NCBI RefSeq assembly: GCF_052425735.1
Contig: NC_135763.1
Coordinates: 29,202,001 to 29,266,000, forward strand
Length of the DNA stretch: 64,000 nt
Direction of reading: 5' to 3'
Source of the DNA: Oculina patagonica
Taxonomy: Eukaryota
The notes beneath the pieces were generated by a model that had not been told where the DNA came from, did not search any database, and saw only the letters and a list, made by a program, of their open reading frames with translations. Below are positions 1 to 12,523 of this stretch, piece after piece. The position numbers and the translations under genes are program-made. Numbering within the stretch: position 1 is the first letter of the stretch; each line of letters opens with the position of its first letter.

Positions 1-1418
1 AAAAAGAGCATATATTTAGCGTCAGAAACATGAATACATACAAAAGGTAACTACAGTATGAAATGTTGTACTTACAAAAGTCACAAAAATCAATAACCAA
101 TTAAATGTACCTACAATAAGGTAGGAATAGCAGAAAGAAAACAGTAAATGTAATTTTCTTGCTAGAAATTGTTATCATTCTGTGTGAGTAGCTTCCTTGA
201 TCTTTAGTTGTTATAAAGGGCCGAAAGTCGATTCAACGATTAAAAAATCCTTGGGGCCTGTTTATGAAGAAAAGTCTTCCCTTTTAGACTGGTTACCATA
301 CTTGTCAAACACCCCCGAACGATATTACTTTTCATCCATTTGTTCGTAAAGAGCTGGGAACCATTTAAAGATTTTTGCTTGGTGTAAAACGTTTCTCGCA
401 TAAATGTTCCGCGGCTCGGGAGAAAGGGTAATCTTCCTACCGAGACTACTTTTCTTGATATAAACTGGCCTTTAGAAGAAATATGGCGGAAATTAAAAAA
501 AAATTATCATGGCTTATAATGCGTGATTGTCGACCATCCTCGATACTAACAAACAATAACTAAACTAATTTAAATTTTTAAATCCTGACAAAGCGTTTGG
601 ACTAAAATTGCTGCTTTCGTTTTGTCGAATTTTGCCAGCCAAGTATTTTTCTGGTGTATGTATACACACTGTACGCTTATGCTTGTAAAAACTTCGCCTT
701 GATATTTAAACGTGGTAGTCGCCAATTATTCTATTGCATTGTTATCATCCATCAACCTCAGATCACTCAAAACGATTCTCCTTAATTCTTGTGACATGAA
801 CTTCATCTTTTTTCAATATGGTTTGAATCACAATGATGGTTATATTCGTCCTACACTGACAATATTTTAATGGGACTCTTCCTCGCACAATATATTAACT
901 AATGCACAACCCAAAAGCATTCAAACAAATTCAATTTTAGGACAAACCTTTGAAAAAAAAACCTTTTCCCCCCCTCCCTTTGTTTCTAAGAAAGCTACCT
1001 CGAAGAAAGCAAACCGAAACTGAGATCATTTTATCTTTCTAAACAATAGAATAAATGTAAGGTATAGTTTTTTTTTTTTTGTATCACGGTACCCAAATTC
1101 GCCCAATTCGACATTAGGTATTCTCTAGGTTTTTCTTCTGCCTTGATGTCCTGTAGTATCAAGTTACTGCCTTGATATTGCCTGATTCTCAGCCGAATCT
1201 GGGTAAGACGAATTTCGAATCGTACCTTTTTGGTATGCTAGCGCCCCGGCGGCATGTCAGGCGAGTTTGGCCTAGCCAGTCGAGGTAAAATAAACATAAC
1301 GAGACCAAATGGGCCTGATATGCCATTAAAGGTTAAGTGTACCAAAAAGTTAGATTAGATACAATAATCACTTTCTCATCCTTTAGAACTGGAGGGCTAT
1401 CTTGAGACGTCCGAGGTT

Positions 1419-4400
1419 TTAATCTTTAACCGACGGAGAACCTGTATCCAAAAGAACAATGAGAATTTTTTTAAAAAAATGAATTGTAGAATTAAGTACA
1501 TACATGTATCTCATAAATAATGTGTCACAATGCTATTCTGAGCAAACAAACTTCTTCAAACATAAAGAGAGCAGCATTTAAAGTAAAGGGCAGAAACGAT
1601 CTAAAGAAACGACTAAGCATTATATAAATCCAGGGTAACGTCTCTCATTGGTTCTTTTCTGCGAGGGAACGAAGCGTAACCGAGCAATCATTCTAAAAAT
1701 TCGCTGGTTTGGTGCTCCTGTAAACTCAGCAGCATTGCATTACGTTACGTTAATTACAGGTCGAATTGTTGTTTCTAAAGAATGGAGGAAAACCGGAGAA
1801 CCCGCAGAAAAACTCTCTGAGCAAGACGATAAAAAACAACAACAAACGCAGCCCAGCACATATGGCACCGGGCCGGAATCGAACCCGTCCCACATCGGTG
1901 GAAGGTGAGCGCCATCACCACTGCACTAACCCTGCTCCCCATGACGGAGTGTTGATGGAGTGGTCAATTAAGATAATGGTATGTTTTATATTTTTTTTTA
2001 ATCAAAACTTACCATACAATGAGTTAATCGCGTCAATATCATCCTGGTCCAGTACTGGTTTTCCATTCCTTGCTAGCGGCCACATGACTGAATCCTTAAC
2101 ATCGGAGTGCTTCAGTCCTAAAGCATGACCAATCTCATGAACAGCTGTGTAGAGAAAGCCACGAGACTGCCAGCTATTCCACCACCATCCTTTGACTGTC
2201 CCACCAAACTCTGTGTAGTACTCGTCATCGTCGAAATGAATGCGTCCTTTAGTAGGGTAATACGCATGCGCTATCACTCCCCCAGGCCCATCAAAAGCAT
2301 AAGGACATGGCTGTTCGCCTGGAACGCCATTGTGCTTTCTTTTGCCAAAGCTGAAAAAAAAAATTATGTATGGCTTTTGCGTGATTGGAGACCTCGAATA
2401 CCTCTTGGTTCGTAAACACGCAAAAAAATAACTTTGGTCAACATCAAGTGAGGGCTGAACTGTGGTCAAACTCAATTTAAAATCCATCTTAATTTTTTCT
2501 CGCGCGCGATTGTTCTTTGGCCAACATCCAACATGTTAACCTTAATTGTGGTCAAACCTACTTTGAATCCATCTTAACTTTTCTCGCGCGAGATTGGTCT
2601 AAACACGTCACGTGACACTGCTAAAATTGGCGAATATCATATGGTATCCCTCTAGTGCGAGACGCGGTGTTCTAATGGTCAGCGCGCTGTACTCCGGATC
2701 GGAGTGGTCCATTCAACCGGAGAAATACTGTTCCATTTGCCACGCGGAATACCCGAAATCTCTAACCGGTATTTTTGGTCCTATGGAAAGCGCCACGTAT
2801 CTACTACTTGGTTCAGGAAATCGTACATATTCTAGAAATGTTAAGAACAATGAGTTTAATAAAAGACTTAAAATATAATAATAAAAAGGGAACCATGAAT
2901 AATTAAACAACCTAACCTGACCTGATTCTAATGTCGGTTTTGTTGTAGTTGTAAGTTCTTCTAAACTTCAATGTTGGTGCCGCGTCACTCCAGTATTTAA
3001 AAGCCCTGGCGACAATTCTCGACTGATCTTTCTTTTTTAAATCGTCCCCATAAGACAAATAATAAGTAAGATTTGTTTTACTCCATTGGCTATATGTTGA
3101 GTAACGTCTCACACGCATTCCATCGCCGCCCACATCCGGGTCGCCACAGCGTGGTTTCTTCATCTCTTGCAAGGTGTCATCATCTAGTTCACCGGTGACA
3201 GAAAGGCCAAAGAACTTTTGAAAGTGCTCTATTGCTTCTGTAGTGTTTCGCTTGCTGGAGTTGTCGGATGGTAGGTATTGAAACTGTTCTAAATAATGCT
3301 GTTAGAAAAAACAAAAGGTCTGAATTGCTGCAAAGGACTTTCTATCATGATAATAATAAAACGATTTTAAGCTGATCTAAAAATTTAAAAGATGTTACAA
3401 AACGGAAACGAAAAACTAGATTTTCGGCAACCCTTTGTTGCCTTCATCAGAGTTAATCGGGACACTTCATGCATAATGCATTTTTGTATGCTGATAGGTC
3501 TCCATGGATGTTCCCAAGGTTAAATCAACCTTAGGGAAAATGTACATGATCGTTTACAAAATTAATCATTGTCCCGGTTAGAATGTAACGCTTCTATCCA
3601 GAACATTAATTTTGTAAACGAGCATGTATTCTTTAAGTCTATTTATCTTGGGAACATCCTTGGTGACTGACGGTACATGAAAACTCACTATGCATGAAGT
3701 GACCTGATAAAGGCAACAGAGAGTTGCCGAAAGTTTTCTTTTACGCTTTTGACATCTCTTAAATTTTTAGATCAGCTACAAATCGTTTCTTTAGTATCAT
3801 GTTCAATACTAATCGCCCAAAATAAAAACTTTCTATCAACAGTAAACTTTCTAATACTCCTTAATGCATTTATTTCTATTTATGATTCAGCGCTCCACTC
3901 CGAATTTACACAAAATTTGCACTCCGATGTCCAAAAGCGTAACGGGTAGCTATCATTCTCAGCGCAATATGTTCTTGTAAGATCGTGGAAAAATCTTAAA
4001 AATTTCAACATCATTACAATACATTGCAAAAAGTTATCGATGCACATTATACTGGCAAACAAAAATATTTCTCTTTATTATTGTTCAAAATTCGAACTAG
4101 AAATTACGCGGTACAAAAGCTTTGCACATTTGAAAGAAGCCGGATTCAATTCGACTTATGACATTCTGATGTGAAAATTCTGATGGTTTCAAGATGCCAA
4201 ATTGTGATATTTGTACAATCTTAAACCATATCACGGAAGAAAGTAATTAAGCCTTAATGATCTTGAGCATGATTCTTCGAGCATGATATTTCATGATTCT
4301 TCTGGAAAGATATTTGAAAATTGCAACGAGTGTATCTGCACCGCGAAATGAAGGGAAAAGTGTAGTTATGCTACGAGCCTGATCGCGTTAATCAGTATAA

Positions 4401-4863
4401 TTACTGGACGAGACGCTTATGCTTAGCTTTATAATAATATTATAGTAAGTTTCAATGCATGATATCCGGCTCAGTTGTTTGCTCAGAAAGAACTTTTTGT
4501 AAACGATAACCAACAACAAATCATCTTTAGTGATACCCCTTCATCACTTCACTTACAATCTTTAATACCGTACATTTCTTTTGATTCAAATTGGAAACAG
4601 AACTTCTAGTTGACGATTTTCCCATTTCTCGTCAACTGACTTGTTGCCAATAGGTTGACATTGCAAGGAGAAATTCGATTTTGGTCAATCTTGGTGAGAC
4701 TCGAAGTCACGTTGTAAATTACTATTATCTCTCCTAATTATAAATCTCAATGATTAATCTGTAAACCTACCGTAGCAAATTCTCTGTCGTCTTCCTCGAC
4801 TTCAACTTCACATACGATTCCATTTATTAAGAGCAACGAGACAAATGGAAGGAAGAGAAACAT
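1419..4863 (-). CDS. MMP-a: minimal matrixin-type metalloprotease (M10A), 4 exons, about 276 aa
   Basis: Exons 4863-4771 (signal MFLFLPFVSLLLINGIVCE...), 3298-2922 (PRCGDPD cysteine switch, RVRR furin site), 2350-2013 (HEIGHALGLKH, VMWP Met-turn) and probable 1441-1419 (G|GT SPSVKD*). GT-AG introns of phase 0/2/1 keep the frame. The last exon is the least certain. Confidence 0.9.
1765..1940 (-). mobile_element. tRNA-derived SINE (5' part) in MMP-a intron 3
   Basis: Minus strand begins GGGGAGCAGGGTTAGTGCAGTGGTG (A-box-like) and contains GGTTCGATTCC (B-box). Confidence 0.7.
3346..3802. mobile_element. About 455-bp palindromic element with a hammerhead-ribozyme core in each arm (Penelope pLTR/retrozyme-like)
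   Basis: The arms are imperfect reverse complements, with the centre near 3570-3605. Minus strand 3450-3422 reads CTGATGA-A-GGCAAC-AAAGG-GTTGCC-GAAA. Plus strand 3704-3732 reads CTGATAA-A-GGCAAC-AGAGA-GTTGCC-GAAA. Confidence 0.7.
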
Positions 4864-7643
4864 GGCCGACGGTTTCTCAGTGTATAAATAAAATATCCTG
4901 AATGAAATATGCTTTTGTATGAAATCAATTTTTTGATATTGTATGTATTTGCAATCTGTAGTCATGCAGCCAAACACAAGAGTCACTTTCCAGATATGGA
5001 CCTGATCAGGAAAGGATATAGTGTTTATGGTATTGTTCGTTTAGTTGAACCTTCAAGTTCGATTCGAAATTTGCACGTGCGAACTGAATGCCTGTTGTGC
5101 AGAACAAGTAGCTGCGTACATATTTCAAAATAATTGAAAAGGCAAATTGGCTTTTTTTTCTTTCTAGAAAAGGTTACAAGGTGGAAAAGGTGGGCATGTC
5201 GCAGCCTAGTTAAAGTTATGCTTTCAATGGGCTTTTCTTTAATCACAATATTAGACTATTGATTTTAGCGATAAAGACCGATTATTCTTTCTTTCACGAT
5301 AAAAGAAAGTAACAAAAAAGGTCGTCAGGATTTACAAACGTACATCGTGTTTAGACTAACTTTCAAGGCTTAAGTTCTGATTCTCCGTAGTAAATAACGA
5401 CGTGAAATCCAGAAGAGCATTAAACAAGTTCAATATTTGCCCAGAATTTAGGAAATGCGTTTTACAATAACACATTGGAATATCTTTAATTTGGAACAGC
5501 TAAGTTTACATGAATTATTAAACTTGAATTATAAAAGCAAAACACTTAATGTTTCCGAAAATAACAGCAAATGTATCCGCTGGTAGAAGATGTAACATTT
5601 GAAGCACATGTGCACAAAATGACATATTATAGATATTGTTATATTAGAACAAGCAAATTTGTGCAAAATTTTTGATATGTCGGTAAACAGTGTAATCGCG
5701 ATTCTCGAACTCTCGATTTCTCAAACCCGTTTTTGTTTTCCTTGGACTTTCGAGTAATCGGTATTCCATGTTAATAATGGCCATATGCGACAGAATCTCA
5801 TAACCTTTTTTTGCAAGGGGTACATTTTTGCCGTTTTTACACGATGCGAGATACTTTGAAAACATCTTTAAATTCTTCGATGGTCAACCACTTTTGGGTA
5901 ATGTCATATTGGATCACAAATTCATGATCAACAACAGTCCATTGAGAGGTTTTTAAATAGCACCTCTTCTGCCTGAAACTAATATAAGAAAAAAAGAGAA
6001 GAAAGGACAGCACAAAAACCAGCGACCCTTCGAAAGTCGCGTCAAAATTTGTGATCATTCATAAAATCAGGGATGCGTTGGGTTTTGTTAGTACTGTTCA
6101 GTTGTGCAGAAGTTTTTTGAAAATATACATGGCACTTTTTTGCCGGAAAAGTGCAGTATTAGAATTTTTTAATTCTTTCATGCTCCATGTCGACGCATGC
6201 TTTGTAAAACAATTAAAACGCTTACTAAACCAATCCATTGTTCTCAGTTTTCAAAAGGCGAAATAAAAATGTACAAATTGCCCCTAGAAAAATGCTACAT
6301 CATACGTTAATTGCATTTGGAGGTGGTACAATTTTATTTTTAAATTTGCACGTTTACAGTAATTAGCCTGTACTGTAAACGTGCATTATAAATAATAGCT
6401 CCTCTTCAGGTAAGGTGGTGGAAAGGAACTATTGGAGATGCAGTTTGGAAATAAAAATGAAAACATTCCAACGACAACGACCCAGTTTTTTTAAGGCTGC
6501 ATTATTTATAAAACTGTCTTTGACTTAAGCTAGAATCCTTAAAACTCATGCTCCCAATCGTGAATGGATAAAAACAAAACAAAAAAAATAGTTAGTGGAA
6601 TCACGTACAGAGTTTGCATTTCAGTAGAATCCTACGCAGTTTCTCGAGCTTTGGAGGGAAGAGAAAATTAGTTGAGAAATCGAAAGTAAAATTGCAATGT
6701 TCGCGTATGCAATTCTTAAGCATAGAAAAACGACTCGCGAAATCCAGGGTAATAAAGATCTTGATTCCACTCCTCTTCCACTTATTATTTATTTTCTGTT
6801 TCTTTTTTTGACAACAATACGATACTTTATTTAAAAGATGAAATGTAAACGTGGGAAATATTTCTTTCGTTTAGCGTTTTATTCATCTAATCAATATAGA
6901 CTGCCAGTAAAATGCTAAATATTTGAACACCATCTTTCTGACGCAAACATGCTTTCAGATATGTAGCTTTTATTTCTTTCATTCCGTTTCACTTTTAAAA
7001 TAATAACAAAGATAACATTGACAGTTATTATCTGTGTACACTGCAGACAGCCTAGAGGCTTGAAAGCACATCATAACCAATCTGTAAAAAAGGAAAAAAA
7101 ACATTGCAAAATTGTTGTTTAGTTGTGACTTTTTGTTGAAGCAAATATACGGAAAACACGTGAAAACGGAATCTTCAGCAGCAGCGCCATTAACAACAAC
7201 AGCAGCACTGAACCGATCGCAGCAACACAACAGCGGTTTTACATGAATAGAGTATTCCAGATGTTTTTATCTTTTATATACTAAAAATCTAAGAAAAACG
7301 TGAGCCAAAAAATAAAGCATACATAAATAACGAAAGAAAACCGAATCTTATGTCATTATCCGTTAAAGTGACTGTGTCACGGATTTAATTAAGGCACGGG
7401 ACATGACCATAAAAGTCGGTGAAATATTAAAATAAACCCGTAAAACTGTGAAGGAACATTTCAATAACATAGCAAATACGAAAGAAGGTACGGATTGCCA
7501 AAAGTGGATTGCGATTTGGACTTTTGAAATGTTATTGGGCTGAAAAGTTTTCAAAGTAACTTTAAATTATATAAAGTCTGGGAGATACATTTGAATGCAT
7601 TGGATTGGAAGCTTTTGTTTTGTTATTTAGATTTTTTTAGAAG

Positions 7644-8153
7644 TACCGTATTTACTCAAAAAAGCGCCGCCCCGAATAAGCGCCGCATTTGGGACAAAAA
7701 AGTTAATAAGCGCCGCCCCAAATAAGCGCCGCAGTCCCGATGCGGTGCTTATTCGAGGAATTCCGTTTATCTAAAAACAGCACTACAAAGCAACTCTTAA
7801 ACAAACTTGGACATTTTTTTCCATAAGAAAAGATGTCTTGCAGTTCAAAGTGATCGTTCTACTGCTCGCCCATTAGTCTTTCTATCCAGAATTCTTACAA
7901 TACGTAGTTCTGTAATGTTGTGAAGGTATCGATCTTTGCCAGGACGGCTAGTGCCACTTCTCTCTTCCGCAAGAGACGAATGCTGACAATCAAAAGAAGC
8001 TATTTTCAATAACTGTAAAAGATTAGATTCTTTGTGGCGTCCAAATTTTAAATAAGCGCCGCCCTCAAATAAGCGCCGCCCTCGAATAAGCTCCGCACTT
8101 GAGGCGCGAAAAATTTAATAAGCGCCGTGGCGCTTATTCGAGTAAATATGGTA
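7644..8153. mobile_element. Tc2/pogo-like MITE (TA-CCGTA...TA) with AATAAGCGCCGC subterminal repeats
   Basis: Starts TACCGTATTTACTC and ends GAGTAAATATGGTA. Many AATAAGCGCC(G) units. A related copy lies in reverse orientation at 27251-27638. Confidence 0.8.
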
Positions 8154-8295
8154 ATTTATTTGTAAACATTTAGTTTCATAGCAAGTATTTGGCAATACTT
8201 TATAAAGTAAATTTAACTCAGGGGTGGCACAGTCCTTTTAGGTTTTATGATTATATATACATACACTGCACATGCCATATCCAACTTTCGATGCC

Positions 8296-10757
8296 CTAGT
8301 GAAACAGGTATCTTATTCCAGCAATGTCCTCTGCAGACAGCTTCGGGATACCTCGTTTGGGTTCAGGCCACATAACCGAGTCCTTTCGAGTAGAATGGTG
8401 CAAACCCAAGGCGTGGCCGATTTCATGTACGGCGTTGTAAAGCAGCCCTTGAGATTTGTTCCAGAAGCTTCCTTTCTCTGTGAAGTACTCATCATCATCA
8501 AAATGAATTCGTCCATCGCGTGGTGGGAACGAATGGGCTACCATGCCACCTTTTCCGTCAAAAACAGTGGTGCACAGTGGCTCATATGGCGTTCCAGAAT
8601 GCCTTGTCTTGCCAAAACTAATGAAAAAATTATGAAAAAACACGTTAAGTAGGAAAATAAACAATAAATAAAACAAACAGGGAAATAAAATGGAAACAAA
8701 CAAATCAACAAAAAACAAACTAACGAAAAAATATCGTGCAAGTCCACTGATGTATCTTTTAGGCGAAAGGACTGAAATAACTAATATCTTCTATACCCTG
8801 TTTTTAACGAGGACGCAGAATTTGCTCCCACGGACCCCAGAACCTTTTACATTTTTTTAAGCAAAGGTCTCCAGTTTTGCCCAGGAATGCACGTTAGTAT
8901 TTTTTACAAAGTACTTCATTTCCTACTGGGCGTTTAGGCATTTTCATACACTTCATATTTAATAAATTGTGTGTGTTATTAATAAGGACACTTTGAGATG
9001 CCTTTTATGATGAAGCTGAATCTTATTAACTTGCATTTCTGGACATATCATCATCATCATCATGTTTTTTTTTTACCCCTTGGATTTTAGAGTAGCTTGT
9101 TCAGCTACACAGCACGATGGGCAAAGACCAGACCACAACACCGGGGACTCCATGCCCTACTCTTTACTTCCCCTGCTGACCATAACACTGAAGATGCAGG
9201 AGACAGGGCCTCCGGTTTATCGTCCTTATCCGAGAAGACTAGAATATCTAACCATTTGCGGATGTCATTGCAAAGGCAGCAAATTCTTCTCAGTTAGTTT
9301 AAGACCCTGAGTATCGGTCCTGTCTAGGACTCGAACACAAGAACTCCCGCACGGTAGTCCGGCGCTCTATCAACTGAGCTAACCGGTCCAAACAACACTT
9401 CTAAATTCCAACTCAATCTAAATTCCAACCGTGTCTAAATAAAGGTATTTTTTTTTCTAGACTGTTTGGCATACCTTATTTTCAAGTCAGCGTCAGACGT
9501 GTACTTGGTCTTAATAAACCTCAGTTTTGGTGCCGCATCACTCCAGTATTTAAGGGCTCTATCAATGATTCTTATCTGCTCGTGTTCTGGCATATCCTCT
9601 CCTTGGTAGAAAAAATATTTGAAAGTAGACTGGCGCCATGGTTTGTATGCTGTGTATCGCTTCACTCTTCCCATATCTACATCAGGGACTCCACAGCGAG
9701 GTTTCTTCATCTGTTCCAAGGTCTCGTCGTCTAGGTCGCCGGTCACAGCCAGACCAAAGAATTCCTGGAACCTTTTGATCGCCGTTTTCATGTTTTGATT
9801 ACCAGATCGGGTTGTCGATAGGTAATTGTATTGCTGAAGGTATTTCTATTAAACAAAATAAATAAATTAGGAAGAAGGGTAAGACATCCCACGGTGTTAA
9901 AAATATAGACAGTATAAAGTATTTGTCTGAGGTTTTTTTCGCCAGTTACGATATACCTCTTGCTGAACTAAATTGCGTCTACACAAGCATTTTCTTCGGT
10001 GGTATTTTGTAACCGAGTGTCGCCCTTTTTCGAGCATTAAGTCAACTTTACACTTTTCAAAGCCTGTACATCTGTGTACGACGTTAAATCTCCTGGGCTT
10101 CAAAAAACAACAAGAACAAAAACAAAAAAGGAGATTTAACATAAAATCCGAAAAATTGGAATGTCAACTAGGTGGAATGTGCTAGTTATAATTTTACTGG
10201 TGAAAAATGTATCTTATAGTCTAAAGGTATGCTTTTCTTGGGCTCGTAGTTTTAATTGTTATTTATAAGGTTCCGTTTAAAACACATACAAACTAGCAGA
10301 GAAGAACATATCTTTAAGTTTTGACGCTGGCCTTCCCTCGCCGCGGAAGATTTACGTAGTTATTAAAAAAATGTAATATATCTTTAGGGGACACTGTCAC
10401 CAGTTTCACTTAAAAAACTCAAGAGCCTAAAAGCGAAAAACAAGTTAAGTCTGATTTTTTCAACTTTTGTCATTGTGGACTGGAAAAACACTTAAAAATA
10501 CAAAATGTATTATGGCACCCTTCTTCCTTCAACGACAATTTATTTAAATTGTCTTCTCTATGTACTAGCTGCATTTCATGTACGAGAATACCCATTCGCC
10601 AATTTTAGCACTTTTCACCGAAAAACATTTAAATTATTCCCCGTGAAAGTGTCCCTTTAACAAACCTTACCAAAGCAAAATCATTGTCATCGTTTTCTAC
10701 TTCGCACAATGCGGCGCGAGAGGCGATTACCAAGACGAAAACAACTGGGAAGATCAT
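8296..10757 (-). CDS. MMP-b: minimal matrixin-type metalloprotease, 3 coding exons, about 259 aa
   Basis: Exons 10757-10671 (MIFPVVFVLVIASRAALCE...), 9845-9475 (PRCGVPD, RVKR) and 8617-8296 (HEIGHALGLHH, VMWP). The TAG stop lies inside the catalytic exon. Confidence 0.9.
9048..9389 (-). mobile_element. tRNA-derived SINE with a Deu/Nin-like central domain and (ATG)n tail, in MMP-b intron 2
   Basis: Minus strand has TAGCTCAGTTGATAGAGCG (A box) and GTTCGAGTCC (B box). It continues TCGGATAAGGACGATAAACCGGAGGCCC...CCCCGGTGT, which resembles the Deu/Nin domain as I recall it. Short (CAT)n run at 9048-9063. Confidence 0.65.
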
Positions 10758-11075
10758 ATCGACTGGTCACTGGAACCTGGTATATGATAACTTGATCTTA
10801 TTTCAAATTTTATTTCCTTTTAAAAGAAAATGTACTGCAGCTTGTCAAACACAGACTTCGCGGATTCTTTGTATTGAATATAATAGGCTGGACTTGAGAG
10901 GCGATTACCAAGACGAAAACAACTGGGAAGATCATATCGACTGGTCACTGGAACCTGGTATATGATAACTTGATCTTATTTCAAATTTTATTTCCTTTTA
11001 AAAGAAAATGTACTGCAGCTTGTCAAACACAGACTTCGCGGATTCTTTGTATTGAATATAATAGGCTGGACTTGA
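10718..11075. repeat. Exact 178-bp tandem duplication covering the MMP-b start codon, 5' UTR and proximal promoter
   Basis: 10718-10897 and 10896-11075 read identically, with a 2-nt GA overlap. Confidence 0.9.
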
Positions 11076-12523
11076 AAATTAAAATTATTAAGTAGTTTCA
11101 TTAAATGAAACTGCTGAAATATTTTGTTGACAATAATGTTGATGTTAAGTTTAGAAACATTTTTGGTATTAAACAATTTGTACGACAAGAATGACAAACT
11201 TTGTAAAAAAAATATTAAACAAAACACATTTTATATAACCTTAACTTTATCATTTCACCACAAATAATACATGGCTCTTGAGCACTTCGTATACTTTGAA
11301 TTTACGTTCTATTTATTGATTATTTTTTTAATATTTCATGCCGGTGCTAGTTTCATGGAGAAATCAAGTGCTTTAGGTTTTATTTTTTTATTGGTCCAGT
11401 TGTCCATAAGGTCAATATACAAAGGATATATCTTTACGGGATGTCATTACAAGGTTTTTAATTTCATTATAGGTGGTCTAAAGATCGATAATTTTTACTT
11501 TCTTTATCAAACAATGCAATTCATAAAAAATAAGAGGTTTACGAAAATCTTGGTTGCTTTTTATTTTTTATTAAACAATGAATGCGAAGACTCTTAGAAT
11601 ACTTATCGAATGTACATACATTTGATGAGAAGAAAACACTTAAAAAGTAAATTAAATCTCTTATTTTTTTATTAGTTTTAGTCATTTGTTTAATTATCTG
11701 AAAGTTCGGTTGGAAATTTATATCACAAACAGAATTTTTTTCAAGAACAATATTATCACTTATTTTTTGTGATATTTTGGATGGAATAAAAATTGATCCT
11801 AACCGTTTTATACAACATAAACTTACTAAACTTAACCACAAATATGAAAATTTCTATTTTTATTGTTGTATATGGCCTGAATTTGACCATCAGTACTCTT
11901 AATTGAATGATCCTGAACAACCCAAATCTCTACCGTTTTTGTTTGCTTTAGAAAAAAAATTAAATAAGCGCTTTTTCCTTTGCTGGTAATTATTATTTGT
12001 TCAGTTTTACAGAAGGGTAAATTGAAAAATTATATACAGTTTTCTAACATTAAATTTCATTATCAACTTTTTTTAGCTACATTATAGAGCGTTCTTGTAT
12101 TCGATCCACCACATCATAAAACCGATACTGAAAAATTGTGCTGCAAATAATAGATTTTCGAGCATTTCTTATAAAATGACCGTTTTGCTACTTTCTGGAT
12201 ATGGCCATGAAATTTTCTTCAAGTGCTATACTTTGATCAATAAAATGCTGAAAAAGCTTTATATAAAAGATTCTCAAATATTAGTATCTAGCAATTGTTT
12301 AGTTGTTCATAAGGTCAATAAAACGATAATGTAAATGGAATTTTTAATATGTTTTTTCTCGGGGTTTTGTAGGGGTAATAGTACAAATACCACAAATTGT
12401 GGCGATTGAAGTAGATCTTTTTTTAAGTTAATTTCCTTGGTTATATTATAAAAACATCTGCTGTCACAATATTCTGTTCTGTGTGAATGTGTATTTCGTA
12501 TGTCTTACGAAGGACGAAACTTA

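Noticed and set aside
2125-2415. Antisense ORFs over MMP exons (also 8272-8652, 31056-31433, 43331-43609)
   Set aside because: Shadow frames of the real coding exons; their starts and stops are not conserved among paralogs.
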